This document shows positions 32,052 through 58,481 of a DNA stretch of 64,000 bases, piece by piece (the stretch's first letter is position 1; each line of letters opens with the position of its first letter). The DNA is from Blastocystis sp. Blastoise. Taxonomy: Eukaryota > Protista > Bigyra: Opalinata. The notes under the pieces are model-generated. The model had not been told where the DNA came from. It searched no databases and saw only the letters and a program-made list of their open reading frames with translations. Where the stretch lies: positions 248,001-312,000 of the forward strand of contig JBBPEB010000017.1 in the NCBI GenBank assembly GCA_039096225.1. Direction: 5' to 3'. The translations under genes were made by a program, and so were the position numbers.

Positions 32052-34235
32052 CAATTAGTATTTATAGTAATAGAATATATATATATATATATATACAAGG
32101 AGTGGCCATTCCTACAGAGACAAATGGTATATGAATACCTGTATATATATTTGTAGATAGGGGTTCCATCACAGAAAAGACATATCGAGAAATACCGCCA
32201 TCTATTTCCCGGGAAATACCTTTTATTTGCTATATTCGTATATATATATTGACTTTAAAAATAATAGATAGACTTATAATAAACATAATAGCACACAATA
32301 TATTAATATACAATATAATAGATTATATATATAATAATTACAATAAAAAACCTATAAAATTATATGTAATTACATTTCTGTTTGTAATAACATGACATTT
32401 CTCAATAGATCCATTCATAAAGAAATCTTTATAACTCTTATAAAATAGCAATCGATTCCCTGTAAATACGAAAAAATATTCTTTCCATTTTCCAAATACC
32501 TTGATGGGTGTTGAATATTTCTCAATATATCCACATAAACTGTTGTTATAGATAAAGACTATTGGAGGATTTGAACTATATATAAATATTAACTGATATA
32601 TATTATAAGAATACATATAAAATAACTATCAAGATATAAATATAATATGTAATATATGATTAATAGTATACTTGACTGTTAACTGATTTATATAAACAAC
32701 ACTTTGAACTGAGGGCTGACACTACAATAATAATAATGATAACGATTATTATATTAATAATAATATATAATAATATATAATAATATATAATAATAATAAC
32801 AATTCATTTATAAACATTATAATTTTAATGATTACATACAACAACTAATTGTTCGTTTCTATTATTTTGAGCTATATACATAGTCGACTGTATTTCTTGT
32901 TTCTCACAGCAATCTCTTCTTTCTCTTCTTCTCTCTTCTTCTCTCTCCTTTCTCTCGTATTCTCGTTTTTCTCTTTCTTCTTCTCTTCTTCTCCTTTCAA
33001 TCTCTCTCTTCTCCTCTCTCTCTTCCCTCTTTCTATCTCTTTCTCTATCTCTTTCTATTATAACTTCATCTTTTTGAAACACGGAAACATTATTCACTGG
33101 TATTATTTCTGTTGCTATTGGAATAGCATTCACAGGGATTGGTTGATTGTCACATGCTTCAGGGATACATACATCTTTTATTGGGTGATATTGTGTTGCC
33201 ACTGCTACAGGAACAGCAGGAAGTGATTTGGCGGGAAAAAGTGATGGAAGAATTACTGGTTTATTAGTTGGTACAGGTGGGGGACCTATAGCTGCTGGAG
33301 GAATAGTATTCTGAGATGGATTCAACTGATTGGGTAAATATATATTCTTAGTATAATTCGCGTCATAAGAAGGAATCAACACAGGTTTTGACTTCGAAGG
33401 TAGGGGAGGAGGAGGTGGAGAGGGAGGTATATATTGAGAAAGAAAAGTAAGTAAATAATTATAATCGCCTTTTCTATATATATATAATGAATAGGATATA
33501 TTTATTGATTTCATAAATAAATATCAAAACATTAGAAACATGAAAAATGTTATAAAGAATATATTAATACTCATTGGACAATTGTAAAGCTTGTTCGACG
33601 GAGTCACGTGCCACAATGAATTGTGTGCTGAGGACTTGTTTCTCTTTATCCGTTAACCAATTCTCCAATAATATTTGCTTTACTTGTTGATCAAAATAAT
33701 CATTCTTCTCTTTCTCCTTCTCCTGCTATATATATATATATATATATAATCAAAAAATATATATATAAGATTATTCATATATATACTTGAATAATAGTAG
33801 TTGTATAATTATTTGTAATCGTTGTCGTACTACTATTCTCTACATTAGATGAAATAACCGTGGGAATCGATGGTAGTCCTTCAGAAGGCTATATATAATT
33901 ATCACATATATATAGATATATATACAGTATTCTCAGTAATTTGTTGATTTGGTTGAGTTTTACTACAAAATAATTGATTAATATATATTATATAATATAT
34001 AGAATACAATAAACTACTAATAAAACTATATATATATACATAACTTGATTCTTATCATAAAGATTTGTATCAAATAAAAAATGTTTGTTAATATCCGGAT
34101 AAGGGGTTTCCCCTGGATCCCCCCTTTGTGTTCCATGATGGTAACGGCTGGAAAGAGGAGGAGAAGGAATTTCTGAATTATTTTCAGACATATTCTGAAC
34201 GTGAAACTGTGGTAATTCTATATCATATATAAATG

Positions 34236-34278
<43 letters not shown>

Positions 34279-34791
34279 ATAGATACCTTCTATAGTTTCA
34301 TTATTCTCATCATTCTCATCTATATAGATAAATCAATGAATTATATATATATACACTGTTCTTCTTCATTATGAATCATATTTTGTGAATATATAGATGA
34401 ATTTGAATAATAATCAGGATTATTCTATAAATATATATATGTAATAGCTATAGTAGTTATTCAAATTGTATATACTGGTATTTCATTCTCTTGGAATAAG
34501 AATTGCTGATCAGTGACATTTCGAACACTCTCTGCTTGATCTATATAAATTATTATTATAAACATAAACTGTAAATACTTGCACATTTTTTTTGATTTGG
34601 TGTCAATGATGGTATTTGCGGCAATGGTTTATTCTATAACATTAATGATTAATATTAAGATGCATGATTATATATCAGAATACATTTGGTGGCATATAAT
34701 TTCTATCCCAACTGTTTCTATAGACTGATGAAGACTCTTCTGACTATTTTAGATATAATAATTATTTTAAATTCTATATATATACATTCAT
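31759..34791 (-). CDS. Multi-exon Pro-rich protein with C-terminal PH domain
   Basis: LCGYIEKY...FGKWKEYFFVFTGNRLLFYKS (PH); Glu/Arg coiled segment; about 14 GT-AG exons; start and gene unity inferred. Confidence 0.65.
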
Positions 34792-35427
34792 TATTACAAT
34801 TAAAATAGAATATAATGAAATACGAATATATACGAAAGAAAAAAAAGCAAATCGGAAACACGACATTTCCAGAAATGAATCACTTTTATAAAAGTTGTTG
34901 CATTGCCTATGCTTATAAAATAACTGTGAATGCTTCCATTATAATTTTAATTTGTAAAAGTCATTTTCATAATATAATCACACGATAATTGATAAGAATT
35001 TGAAATATTTATCTAAATAATAAATAATTATTTCGATCAACCAATTTTGAGTTTTTTCAAATTATGTTGTTACTGAGATAATCAACTTTAGAGACTTGGC
35101 TAGAATTGGGACCATTTCTTTTAAAAATGTTGTAACTGAATAATATGGTTGCAGAATTAAATAAGCATGTATAATACAATCTCAAATGATCTTCTTAAAT
35201 ATTTGATTAGTATCCATTTATAAAATAAATAGAAATTATTAAAAAAACGATACTACGATAAAGTCGTGTAATTCAAATATATGTATATATAATTTATTTA
35301 TTTCAAACAGTGTTATAAAACCAAAACTATATAGAATACAATACATATTATAAGAGAAAAACAAATAAATATATAATAAACTCTACATATATATAGATAA
35401 GATACTATATAAATAAAAGTATATAGT

Positions 35428-35936
35428 TTATTCTTCGTCAGTAAAATCGAATTGTTTGAAACTCTTTTTAAATTTCTCGCAATCCGCACGCTCTTCTTCC
35501 TCCGTTTGCTGTACATTTTTCCAATCAGATCGATCGGTTTGTTGCTCTAACAAAGATGTCACTGTTTGACGGAAAAACTATATATATTATTATATTGATT
35601 ATATTGATTATATTGAATATATTGATTATATTGATTATATTGATTATATTGATTATATTGATTATATTTATTATATTTATTATATTTATGATTATATTTA
35701 TGATTATATTTATTATTATATTTATTTAATAGAATTGAATTACTATTCATAATATTAACTCTAGTTATATATATACCTGCATGTTAGGTCTTTGGTCTTT
35801 TACGATAAACAGAAAACGCGTTGGTTCTTCTTCAGACATCGTATATACACATACATATAAATAATCGTGGTTTTCCGTCAATCCCTTTAAATCATCACTC
35901 TATATATATATATATTATTATTATTAGTATATCAAG

Positions 35937-36024
<88 letters not shown>

Positions 36025-36451
36025 TATACAGCAGAAAGCGTATTAAAGCGAATTCCTTTCGTTGATCCAGACGCATTCAGCGCTAACTGAACATCTTTAG
36101 CTTTAATATCTTTATCAAGAGGAACGCATTGATATTGAGTATGATTCTGTTTAGGGACATTATTTCTACCTTTATAACCGCGGGGAACATTAAAATTAGT
36201 AATAACACGTTCCCACATCATAAAACACTTTCCAATTGAACGATAATAATCCCGAACAGCAAGAATAAATTTTTGTGTTTCTTTAGTACCTTCGTCATCC
36301 AATAAATTGAATGAAGGCACGTGCTGAATAGGAAGAATAAGCACGTGATTCTCAGTTAATGGTCCTTTGGCTAAAGCCAAATATGTATGTATACCAATGC
36401 TATATATATAGTTATATATATATATATATATTATCAGTTATAAAAATAATT

Positions 36452-36482
<31 letters not shown>

Positions 36483-37855
36483 TATCAGTTATATATATAT
36501 ATATACCTCACAATAAGATGTTTGGCTGCTGATGACGACGCCAGACAAAACCAGCATTCCTGACTAGTCACTATATATATATATATATATATATTATTAT
36601 TATTATTATTATTATTATACCATTATACATTATCAGTTATATAAATAATTATTATATATATATACAGTGAGGATCTCTGTTTTGTTGTTGAATGGGAGGC
36701 GATAAAAAGAAATTGGTACGACCTTCTAGATAGGGGAATATATATATATAAATATAACTATGTATATATATATATATACGGCTTTGATTATTTTGTTCTA
36801 ATTCTGCAATTTCAGATGATGTTAAACCTTGTCTTTTCGATTGATAATCATTTTGTATGGGTCTCTTCATTTGCATTCCCGCGGGGATCATACCAGGAAT
36901 AGGGTTAAATATAGCTGTATTCACGGGAAGAGGAGGAGAAACAATAAAAGGAGATGAAGTAGCAGGAATTGACACACCTTCAAGAAGAGAAGTTGGATTA
37001 GAAGTAAACGGTTGAACACTAAGTGCATGAATCCATTTCTTTGATTTATCGTCTACCGCGGTTATTTGACATAATGCAATGAAACGAGTGATATAACCGT
37101 GGGGATCATTCTTATAAGGTAATCGCTCATAATAAACATTTTCTTTAGCAGCTATATGATATCGTGGTTTAAATGTGTTTAATAGTGTCGAGATGACGGA
37201 GGATCCGACACTTTTAACGTCACGAAGAGAGGGATATTGCTCAGAAGTTAAATTTTGGTAAAAACTAGAAAATAAATAAAAATATTATATATATTAAAAT
37301 ATTCTAAATTCGTAGAATATAAAGAATATAAATATAATTCATGTTAAAATACCCGTATCCCCATTCGGCTGAGAATAAGAAATCAATTCCATCAACAGGT
37401 TGAGATTCAATAGTCTTTTTAAGTGATTCAATTTGAGAATGAGTATAGTAATTCATTGATTTTGCATCTGTTGAATAGATATCATTATTCAAGAGACCGG
37501 AAACAAAGACAATATCTAATCCAAGAATAGACTTTCGTTCAGGTCTTGTAATAAAATGAAGTTTTTCAATCTTTGTCAGAGAGATAATATCTTCAACTTC
37601 TAAGATGTCTCCACCTAAAACAACATACGTTTCCATAGGCCATTTTTCAGTTCCATTGATGTAATTTTGTAAGCATGAAATATCATTTTGATTAAAGAAC
37701 TGTCCAACACAGAACAACACATCAAAGGCACCTTTTGCTGAATTAATTTTATTCACTTTATTGATCAGAATATCAACATGACCTTGGACATCACCAGTAA
37801 GTAGTATCTATTATCCATTTATACAAATCTATAAAATAATTCATACCTTAACCAT
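35428..37855 (-). CDS. CWF19L1: CWF19-like protein 1 (Drn1; pseudo-metallophosphatase plus CwfJ domain)
   Basis: KILLTGDV.G, GAFDVLFCVGQFF, KPRYHIA, YYERLPY, TRFIAL, CWFCL.S..AAKHLIV, LAKGPLTENHVLILPIQH, DWK...KQFDFT. Confidence 0.92.
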
Positions 37856-38246
37856 TCTATATTATTTAGTTAATCAACAAATAAGTGAATAAATAACCAA
37901 ATGGGATTTATAAAAGAATAAAAGTGTAAAAGGAATTAATCAGGAATCTTTTGAAAATAAAAGGATAAAGAAAAGAATTACCATAAAATAAATTGAATAT
38001 CGTTTTTTACTTTTATTTTTTATAATTTATTGTTGATAGTTCGTTTTTAGTATCACCAGTTGCTATAGATATACTGTATCTAGAAACAAGTGTCTTTTAC
38101 AAACTTAAAATCGCAAAATGTGTGTTTTTTTTTAAAGAAAGTGTGATATTTGTGTTATAGTATTTATTTAAAAAGTACAAAATGACTTGGAGTATATAAA
38201 TAAATAAATAAACAAAATTTTAAACAAAATAGAAATGAAAAACAGA

Positions 38247-45014
<6,768 letters not shown>

Positions 45015-45840
45015 ATTGAAAAATAGCAAAACTAATAAAAAGCAAAAGTTATGAAAACCCGCTCTTTTTATTGTTTTGAATGTTTAAAGAAATATAGGTA
45101 ATGATATATGTGTATTTATTCTTTTTAAGCATAGAATATATATGGTTTATCTATTGGGATATATGAATTCTGCGTTAACCATTAATTAGAAAAATTGTAT
45201 TGTAAAGTTCAATATTTCATATAATTGAAGCATTCTAAGAGGTATATATGTTTGCTATAAATTTAAAAATTATGTGTTTTCACTGTTTTTTGAGATTTTT
45301 GAAAAATTAAAAAATATATTCTTGTTAAAATGAAACTATTCTCGTCATTGATGTTTGTGACTCATTTTCAATATAAAATATTTAATTCTACATTTATATA
45401 TATAAACAAAACGCCAAAAAATAGAAAAATAATTAAGATGCGGAAAAAGAAAAAAGATAAGCTACATAGAATATGATGATATAAAACAGATATACCCAAA
45501 TAAATGAGAAAGATCTTTTTATGAGCCATTAAAATCATTATATATATATGTATATAATGAGAGATAATTGATTTTAAAGGTTTCAAATATGAATGACAAA
45601 TAAAAAATATTTAAAAACATATATAAAAAGAATGATGATAAAAATGAACTTAATATATACACAACATAACAAATAAATATAGATACATCAAATGATACTT
45701 GAATAAATAAAATAACAACAAAGGAGACTAGACAGAAATCTAGTATAGAAATGTAAAATAAAAATTCTATATAAATATATATTGTATATATTATATATTA
45801 TATATATATTATATATATTAATATATGATTGAAAATGATT

Positions 45841-46142
45841 TTATTTAGGATCAAAATCGAATTGAAGTCCCGCGGGAAGATCGTTAATATCTGAAGGAAG
45901 TTGTGCAGCTTGATAAGGAAGTTGTTCAACTACATCTCTATTTGTATTTAATAATGACATCAATTCTGCAATCTATTTATATATATATAGATATATATAT
46001 ATATAGAAGAATAAATATAAGAATATAGAGAAAGAAAAATAAGAAGAAGAAGAAGAAAAATAAGTATAATAATAATAATAATAATAATAAGAAGAAGAAG
46101 AAGAAGAATAGTTGTTAATAAATATATATATAATGGTAATTC

Positions 46143-46192
<50 letters not shown>

Positions 46193-46265
46193 TTGGACAT
46201 AAGAGAGAACTGAATTGAATAATTCATTTGTTTGATCGACATATGGATTCATTACTAGTATATTC

Positions 46266-46296
<31 letters not shown>

Positions 46297-46915
46297 AAAC
46301 TGTCTAAAATTTTATAAATATAAAAAATATTTAAAAAACAAACTAAATCAAATAACAATATATATATAATTAAGTATAACTATACATATATATACATTGT
46401 GTGTAGCAAGTAATTCAATGATATATTTAGATATAATTAATTTCTTTCTTAATTCATTTAATTTAGGTACTAATTCAAGTATATCTTGAAATTGCTCAGG
46501 AGAGAGGTTCATACTAGTTTTCAAACTAACTAATTGAGGAACCTTGGTATCTTCATTCTCTGGTAAATACTATATATATATATATATAGTATTTATAATG
46601 TATAAAATAATTATATATATACCATTTATAATAATAACAATTAATAAAAATATATATAGAGAGTATTTATAATTATTATAATGAATAGAAATATATGTAT
46701 AAATAAAAGTATATAAGTATATATAAATACAGCCGCAATAAGAGAAGAATAAATAGTTAAGAATTTCAATTGATATTCATAACTATTCTTCCATAAAGAG
46801 AGAAGGAATTCATACTCATCTTCTCTTTCTTTACGTGTTAATATAAAGCCAGAATAATGACTAATCACGTTATATATACCCGTACGTTCATCTGTCCATT
46901 CGAAGTTCTAATAGA

Positions 46916-46952
<37 letters not shown>

Positions 46953-48017
46953 TATAGATATATATATATATAACAATAATATTCAAGCAATAATAACTAC
47001 ACTATATATATATATACAGTAATAGCTTTAACGGCATTCTTAAGATGTTCTATTTTCATTTCCATCGTCTCTACCTGAGTCTTCTTACGTAATCGACGTA
47101 ATCTAGCCGCGGCACGATTACGCGCCAATCTATATAGAGAAGATATATATATATATATGAATAATATATAGAATAATAAATGTTATAATAAATAAAATAA
47201 TAAACATTATAATAAATAAAATAATAAATAAAAAATAATAAGTTATATTTAACAATAATGTTTTAAAACATATATATAAAATATAAAAATACCTTTTTTG
47301 TTTCTTAAGATACTCATCTTGCAGTTTTTCGTACATTTCTAGCAGTTGTGGTGTGTCAATAACGGATTTCCCTGTATTTGATTGGTCAGGCATGCTATTC
47401 ACAAGGTTAACTCCCGGAATAGGATTCGAAGGATTTGAAGGAAGAGAATTACTACTATACAGAGTATAGTAAGTATATATAGTATAGTATAGTATAGTAT
47501 AGTATAGTATAGTATATAATAATATAGTATATAATAATAGAGTATATATAATATAGTATATAATAATAGAGTATATATAATAATAGAGTATATAATACAA
47601 TAATATTATGAAATATTTAAAAAAAAACATAAAAAATGAATATTACAATATAATAATATAGAATTATATAAATTATAATAATACTACTAGTACTAGTATT
47701 AGTAATAGTATATATACTTAGGCATAGTCCATTTCTGGTAGGAATTCATCATAGGTTGTGATGTATTACGCTTATAGGAATTCTGACCATCAGCAGGCTC
47801 TATATATATATATAATAATAATTATAATAAATACATATATAAGAACAATTTTCATAATATTAATTACAAAAACAGATATAATAATTCATCATAATTATAT
47901 ATATATATATATAGATATATATATACGAGCAAAGAGAGGCATGGATCCCGCCCAATCATTACGCGGGGCAGGGACCTATATATATATTATGGTTAAAATC
48001 AAATTTAATATTTTTAT

Positions 48018-48052
<35 letters not shown>

Positions 48053-48092
48053 TAATAATAATAATAATCATCATCATCATCATCATAATCAT

Positions 48093-48134
<42 letters not shown>

Positions 48135-48848
48135 TAATAATAAATAAACATAATAATAATAAACATAATAATAAACATAATAATATACTTGGAAGTGAGG
48201 TTGCATCAAGTCTTTAGGGTTGCCTTGATAAGTATTTCTGGCCTGTAAGGGGAATATAGAATAATTAGGGTCACCGTAAGCCATAGGACGAGGCATTCCT
48301 TGCATAGCTATATAAATTACAATAAACATAAATATATACATAAAATATAAAAATAAATAAAAAAATAAGAATAAACAAAAAAAAATCTATATTTGACATA
48401 AAAACTTAAAATCAAAGCATTTTTATGAATATAAAATAGATATGAATAATGAGTAAGAAGTGAATAATCCTATGACGAATAACATAACATACGATTCATT
48501 TGATTTGGTTTGCGAATACTATTTGGATTAATATACCTATATACGCAAAATGAACATTCAAATATTATTAAATATTTAGTAGTTTAAAAATTACAGCAAA
48601 AAATTAAAAAAAACAAAAAAATAAAAAATAAATCATAAATACTGAACTTGTGGGGGTGTCCTCCATTGTCCTAATTTTGCGATTCTCTTGGATGGTTGAT
48701 TGCCATACATATCAATATCAGGTTGCATCATATTAATTTGTCCCATGTTGTTCTTTTGAACCATTGGATTTTGTTGAAGAGGAGGTGGATAATCATATAC
48801 ATTCACGTATTGATTAGGAATATTTTGTGGATAATCTGGAGGGTTCAT
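45841..48848 (-). CDS. bZIP transcription factor
   Basis: Basic region KKQKRLARNRAAARLRRLRKK followed by zipper-like heptads; Pro/Gln/Met-rich N-terminus; TAA at 45841-45843. Confidence 0.82.
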
Positions 48849-50111
48849 ATTGATGAATACTCTATTACTTAAAGATAATGAATAACTTGGATTTCACTAT
48901 AATAAGTGTAATGAACTTTGAAATACGAAATGTCTTCTATATATTTAAAGTTTATTGTTATTCTCACGAATATATATGATTGTGAAAAAAAGTCGGACTA
49001 GTAAATAACCATGGTTAAAACTGATGTTGAGGAGAAAAATAGCTTTTAGTCGTAAAAGTTCGAAAACAGATTAATCTTCACAAATGAATATGAAAGTTAG
49101 CCAATAGATTCATCTCTTCTTGATTACGATTGTTTCGTCATCGTAGAAACAACACGACTCATTACCGTCTTTTGCGCACTTCTCTCTAGTTAGATATGAC
49201 ACATTCTCGATCAATGACACATCTCAACAGTTGGTTTCTGGAATAGAATCCAATAAAATAAATAGAATTTTAATAACAATGAAAAGGTAGAAACTTTTTT
49301 TCATGACTTGATAATTAACTTTTCCTTATTTGTTTATTCTTGTAATTCTCTTCTAATGATCAAATATTGCAACATAAAGAATCCCATCAAATTCTAGTAT
49401 TAAAGACATCATATCAAAAGAAAGTGAAAAATGGCGAAAATGAAGTTACTGCAATGAATACTTTCAATCCTATTTCATAGAGCACTCTCTGATTATTTAT
49501 ATATGATACTAGATATATACATTACTTCTTTAAATGGAGATTTAATATTTGAAAAATTATACGAACTTTATGTAGAATGATATATACAGCATCTATGATA
49601 TTAAAAGAAGAAAACATGTATGTTGAGATTGATAATAGACAAGAAATAAAAAGAAAAAGGATGACAACTTCAGTTTACAGAACTTTCGTCACTTATTTTT
49701 ATTTGTCACATTTTTTAACCGTTTCAATGATTTCTACTGACTCTTTGTATATCTATTCAATATATCCTTTTTTATAAAGTAGATTTGAAATTGTAAGCGA
49801 ACAATTTAAAATTTTGATATTTGAAAAAAACATTACAGTACTATGATTCAAAATGATTTCTGTAGATCTGCATCTTGCTTCATAAAATCTATAAATATTG
49901 AATAGCATTGAAAAGATTTTCTTTTACCATAAGTGGATTTCTTTCTTCTATATACTTTTGTGATATTCACTTGTGTTAAGTGACCTGTAACAAACACATT
50001 TTTGTGGTATAAGTGAATCACAAGAATACTATAAAATAAATTCAATGGCAACAACAACAAAATGTCTATTTCATATATATGAGTAATGAAATAAAATAAA
50101 ATTTTTATCAA

Positions 50112-50184
50112 GGGGATGTAGCTCAGATGGTAGAGCGCTCGCTTAGCATGCGAGAGGTAAGGGGATCGATGCCCCTCTTCTCCA
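50112..50184 (+). tRNA. tRNA-Ala(AGC)
   Basis: GGGGATGTAGCTCAGATGGTAGAGCGCTCGCTTAGCATGCGAGAGG...GATCGATGCCCCTCTTCTCCA; cloverleaf, G3:U70, oligo-T terminator downstream. Confidence 0.97.
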
Positions 50185-51099
50185 ACTTTTTCTTCATTTA
50201 TTATTTATTCTTTATTCTATTTATTTGATTCATGGTGATTTTTTATCATAATGACTACTACCTTGCTAGCAAACAATGTAATGAGTTTATATTATTGTTC
50301 TCATTTGATATATCATCAAAAGGAGATGACAATCAAAATGAGATAATCGTCAGATTTTTAAATGGAATCATTTTTTTGACTAATATAAGGTTATAGAATG
50401 TTATTCATAAAAGAGTTGTTAAAAATAAGTAACATAAAAATATGATGATTTGTTAAAAATGAGATATTGAACTTAAAATATTTCTTCTTGATCATAGTGT
50501 AGTTTTTTACAACATTAAATACACTAATTAAAATAAAATTATCATAATGAAATGTAAAGAAAATGTGTTTTTGAAAATCAGATATGATATTTATCATACA
50601 TACATTATTGTATCTATATGTATAAATAAAAAATGAAGAAATAATATCAAAAAAACATTATTCATAGTATTCACAACGCAAAATCCATTTTTATTAAAAT
50701 TTATTAGAGTAATTTTATCTGTTTTGTGAATAATGAAAGTTTAAATTGTTAAAAATTCATTTATGTGATAAAGACATTAGATTGGGTATATACACATTTT
50801 AACTAGTTTAAAGAGTGATGTTGGATGGATTTTCACTATCAGCGATTTCCATGAATAAAAATGGCATTCTTTGCCATTTTTTTGCTTGTTTCTTTTTAAG
50901 TTTTTTTCAGCCAGGCGAAAAGAGTAGCCAAAAATTAGGTCATTTTTGTCGGATTTGGTCTTTCTTTTCATTCGTTCAGAATTCTTTTAGAAACGTCATT
51001 ATTTTTATTTATTTTATCGTTGTGTGAATGATAATAAAAATATAATAACAAAAGACAATAAATAATAATATAATAATTATAACAATAGTAAAATAATAG

Positions 51100-51607
51100 T
51101 TATTTGACTTTGATTTAAGTTAATTGTGAACCATTTTGAGGACTATACATGAAAAAAGATAAAATTAATAATAATATAGATAATAGATAAGTATATACCT
51201 TGATAGAACACATCTAGACCAACGAACGAAGAAGAACAAACACTATAAAAACAGAATGTAAAAATATATATATAATATAAGAATATACCTTCAACCACCA
51301 AGTAGTTGTTGGCCAAGGGAGACTTTATCAAGCACCTATTACCTTTAAAAAAATAAAAATAGTTAATTGTAAAAAAAAATAAAAACAATATATACCTTTA
51401 AAACCATGAAGACATGGACCAAGAAGACCTGACACAACAGTTGAACCTATAGAAGATAATAAATAGTAATAACAAAAAGAATGTAAAAAAAATATACCTT
51501 TAATAACCCCAGATTTCTAGTCACCTAAACCCCACAGCTCATTGTTTAACTGTAAAAATGAAGAGGAATCAGGACCTATTTGAATCTATTTTGAAGGACC
51601 AGTAAGC
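51100..51607 (-). ncRNA. Five spliced, apparently non-coding exons inside the CACTA element
   Basis: Exons 51498-51607, 51396-51446, 51289-51342, 51199-51242, <51142; all four donors AAG|GTATAT and AG acceptors; first exon has stops in all frames. Confidence 0.5.
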
Positions 51608-52477
51608 CTATATAGCATAAAATAAATAAAAAATATTATATACATTTTATAATATATAATATATAGTTGTAAATTAAATAAAAATAAAAATAAATATGTG
51701 AAAATATTGAATCTTATAAATAAAGAGAAATTCCCCCTTCCAATTTATTTTTTGTATAATAAAAGTCTTTAGAAAATCTTGGTTTCCAGGGGTTAAAACA
51801 TTTTAAAATTTTCCCTTTTTCTCTTTTATAAAGTCTATTTGAATTTAAAAATGATTTATAAATGTATTATGTGTTTATGAACCTTAATTATTTAATTTAA
51901 ACATGTTTAAGACTTATTAAAACGAAAGAATCGTTATTTTTAAAAGTTTTAATTTCAATTAAATATATTTGTCTGTCATTTTTATTCAATAGTATTTTAT
52001 TTATAATAAGAAGGTAATAAAGAAGCAGAAAATATATTTAGTATAATTAATTATAGAAACATGATTCACAATTCATAAACTTTTGTTTTTTATAAGTTTT
52101 ATTCCAACGAATTACAGAGTATTATAAGTGACTGAATAAATTGAGACTTTTTAAAAGGTCATTAAGTTGTTTTAGAAATAATAAAGAATGCAATTTATTA
52201 AAGTATAAAGTAGATTCATATTTTATCTCTTTCTTTCTATTATTCTAAAAGAATTCTATAAATAATTTTATTACTAAATACTACAAAACAAAAAGAATAA
52301 TATATAAGTTAATAAACACAATAAAAGATAGATAAAAAAGATAATATATAGTATATATATAGTAGTATATCATTATAATACATATAATATAAATATATAT
52401 GAAACTTCTTTCTATCCTATATATACATGATTATAAAACTAAGTATAATCTAAATATATATATATATATTGATATAG

Positions 52478-52574
<97 letters not shown>

Positions 52575-52619
52575 GAGACTTATCATTATCTTAATATACA
52601 AAATAATTATCCAAAAGTC

Positions 52620-52661
<42 letters not shown>

Positions 52662-52666
52662 CTATA

Positions 52667-56296
<3,630 letters not shown>

Positions 56297-57822
56297 CTAT
56301 ATAATATATAATTTAATAAGAATAAAATATAAAGATATATATAATAAACAAATAATAAATAAATATTTTAATAGAGGAAAACAAAAAAATGGAAAAAGAG
56401 TTAATGCAACATAAAAATTTATATACTATATTTACATACCTTTAACAGTGTTTTGAGTTGCTGTCTGAAAGAAGCCAGTGAAGTATTCAAGGAACCTTTT
56501 AAGAACTGAGCCAACGAGTACACATCATAGAACCTTTTGGGATAGACACAGAAGACTGGCTGACGGGAAGAGAAAACCCAGAATCGAAAACCTAAAAGAA
56601 TTATGAAAAATATTTTGATATATTCTATAACTAAATACTGAAATAGCATAACACTGCTTAGAATGACCGGCAATCCTTATAATATAGTCTATTTATTCTT
56701 ATAGACAACAAATTAAAAATAAAGATAAATTCATATTTAAAGTCAATTTTTTAGTCAAATACTAAAAATTTTCATAAATATTCATTTTTAATTTTTTTAA
56801 AATTTTTTATTACTCAGTACTATAGTAACAAGTTTTAAACGTTATGTACTGAGCTATTGACACAACACTATTGTATCTGACTACTTTCAAGTTTTAGAAA
56901 ATTACTCATTTTTGTTGACTCTCTGATCTGTTGACTGACTCGTCTAAAAACTATTAATTTTGACTTAAAACATTTGTATATTACATAATTAACTCTAAAA
57001 ATGACTTTTTGAGAGACTTTTATTTGATTCTGAGAAAAAACAATTATTTAAAACTCTTTGACAATTTGTTTTTATGCGGAACTTTAAGTCATGATAGAAT
57101 AAAATGAAAAAAGTCTTTTAAAACTCTTCTGTCGTCTGATATATAACAAAATAAAAATAGACTCAGTTTTGAACAAGAAAAATATTCCCGTAAATATTTT
57201 AATAATTCAAAACTCTGGTCTGACTGCCCATGGAACAAATAGGCTCGGCTCTTTTTTCACTGTAAAAAATTTATAAATTTTTGACTTTTTGGCTGAATTT
57301 TGGTTTTGACCTGTAGAGGTCACTTCATTCAATTTTACACATACTTGTGACTCTGAGAGGGTCTTCACTTTAAACAGACCAACAAAAGGTTTTAAAATAT
57401 TGACCCCATTATTTGTCGGAATTGCGACTTAAAACAAAAGAAAAACGTTTTGGATATTATGTGACCTTGTATAAATAAAAAATAATGCCAATACTTTGAT
57501 AAAATATGCTTAACATGAATTTTAGAGTCTAATAAAAAATCAACTGAAAAAAAGTGTCAAAATTTTGTCAAAAATCACGATTTTTGCCTAAGTCGCTGAA
57601 GAAAAGCTCTTTTCATTGGTGGAAAAAATTTTTAACTAAAATCAGCCAATCAAATGCATTTAAATGCTCAATTATCGCTGATAGTGTTTGGTGATCAATT
57701 GATTCGAGTAGTTATTATAATAAAGTGTTTAAAACGAAACAACAAGAGTTATATAATATGCAAAAAGTATAAGAAACCAGAAATGATATGACTTTAGAAT
57801 AATAATGAAATTGCAATGACAT

Positions 57823-58450
57823 TTATCCTCTGTAATAGTTAGCAGGATGGAAAGGCATCTTAGTGACAGTAGCAGTCTTTCGTTTACCACGAACTTCAAC
57901 TTCAACCTTAGTACCTTCCTTTTCAAATCCCTTATTGATATAACCCATAGAAATATATTTACCAGTAAGAGGAGATTTAGTACCAGAAGTAATATAACCA
58001 ATCTTTTCTTGACCATTGAAAATAGGTGTTTCATGTCTAGCAATAGCACCATCAATAAGGAAACCAACTCTCTTCTTTTCCCAAGTTTTAGTCTTAGCCA
58101 TAATAGCATCATGACCAATAAAAGTACCTTCAGCTCTTCTTTGTTTACCTAAAAATAATAAATATATTCATTGAATTTTATTTAAAATAATAATAAATTA
58201 ATATAATAAATATAAAAAAAAAAGATAATAAATAAATAAATAAATAAAATAAATAAATAAATAAATAAATAAAAAAAAAATACTAATGGTCCACATAAGA
58301 GAAGCTTCAACAGGACTAATGGTATCATTCATATCAACACCATATAAACATAAACCAGCTTCTAATCGAAGAGAATCACGAGCACCAAGACCTATTCAAA
58401 GAAAAAAAAAAAAAAAAAATAGAGTTTGTAATATAATTATATTTAATAAA

Positions 58451-58481
<31 letters not shown>

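Noticed and set aside
31890-32075. Three copies of TGCAATTAGTATTTATAGTAATAGA separated by (AT)n, superficially CRISPR-like
   Set aside because: Intronic slippage duplication in a eukaryotic gene; spacers are microsatellite and there are no cas genes.
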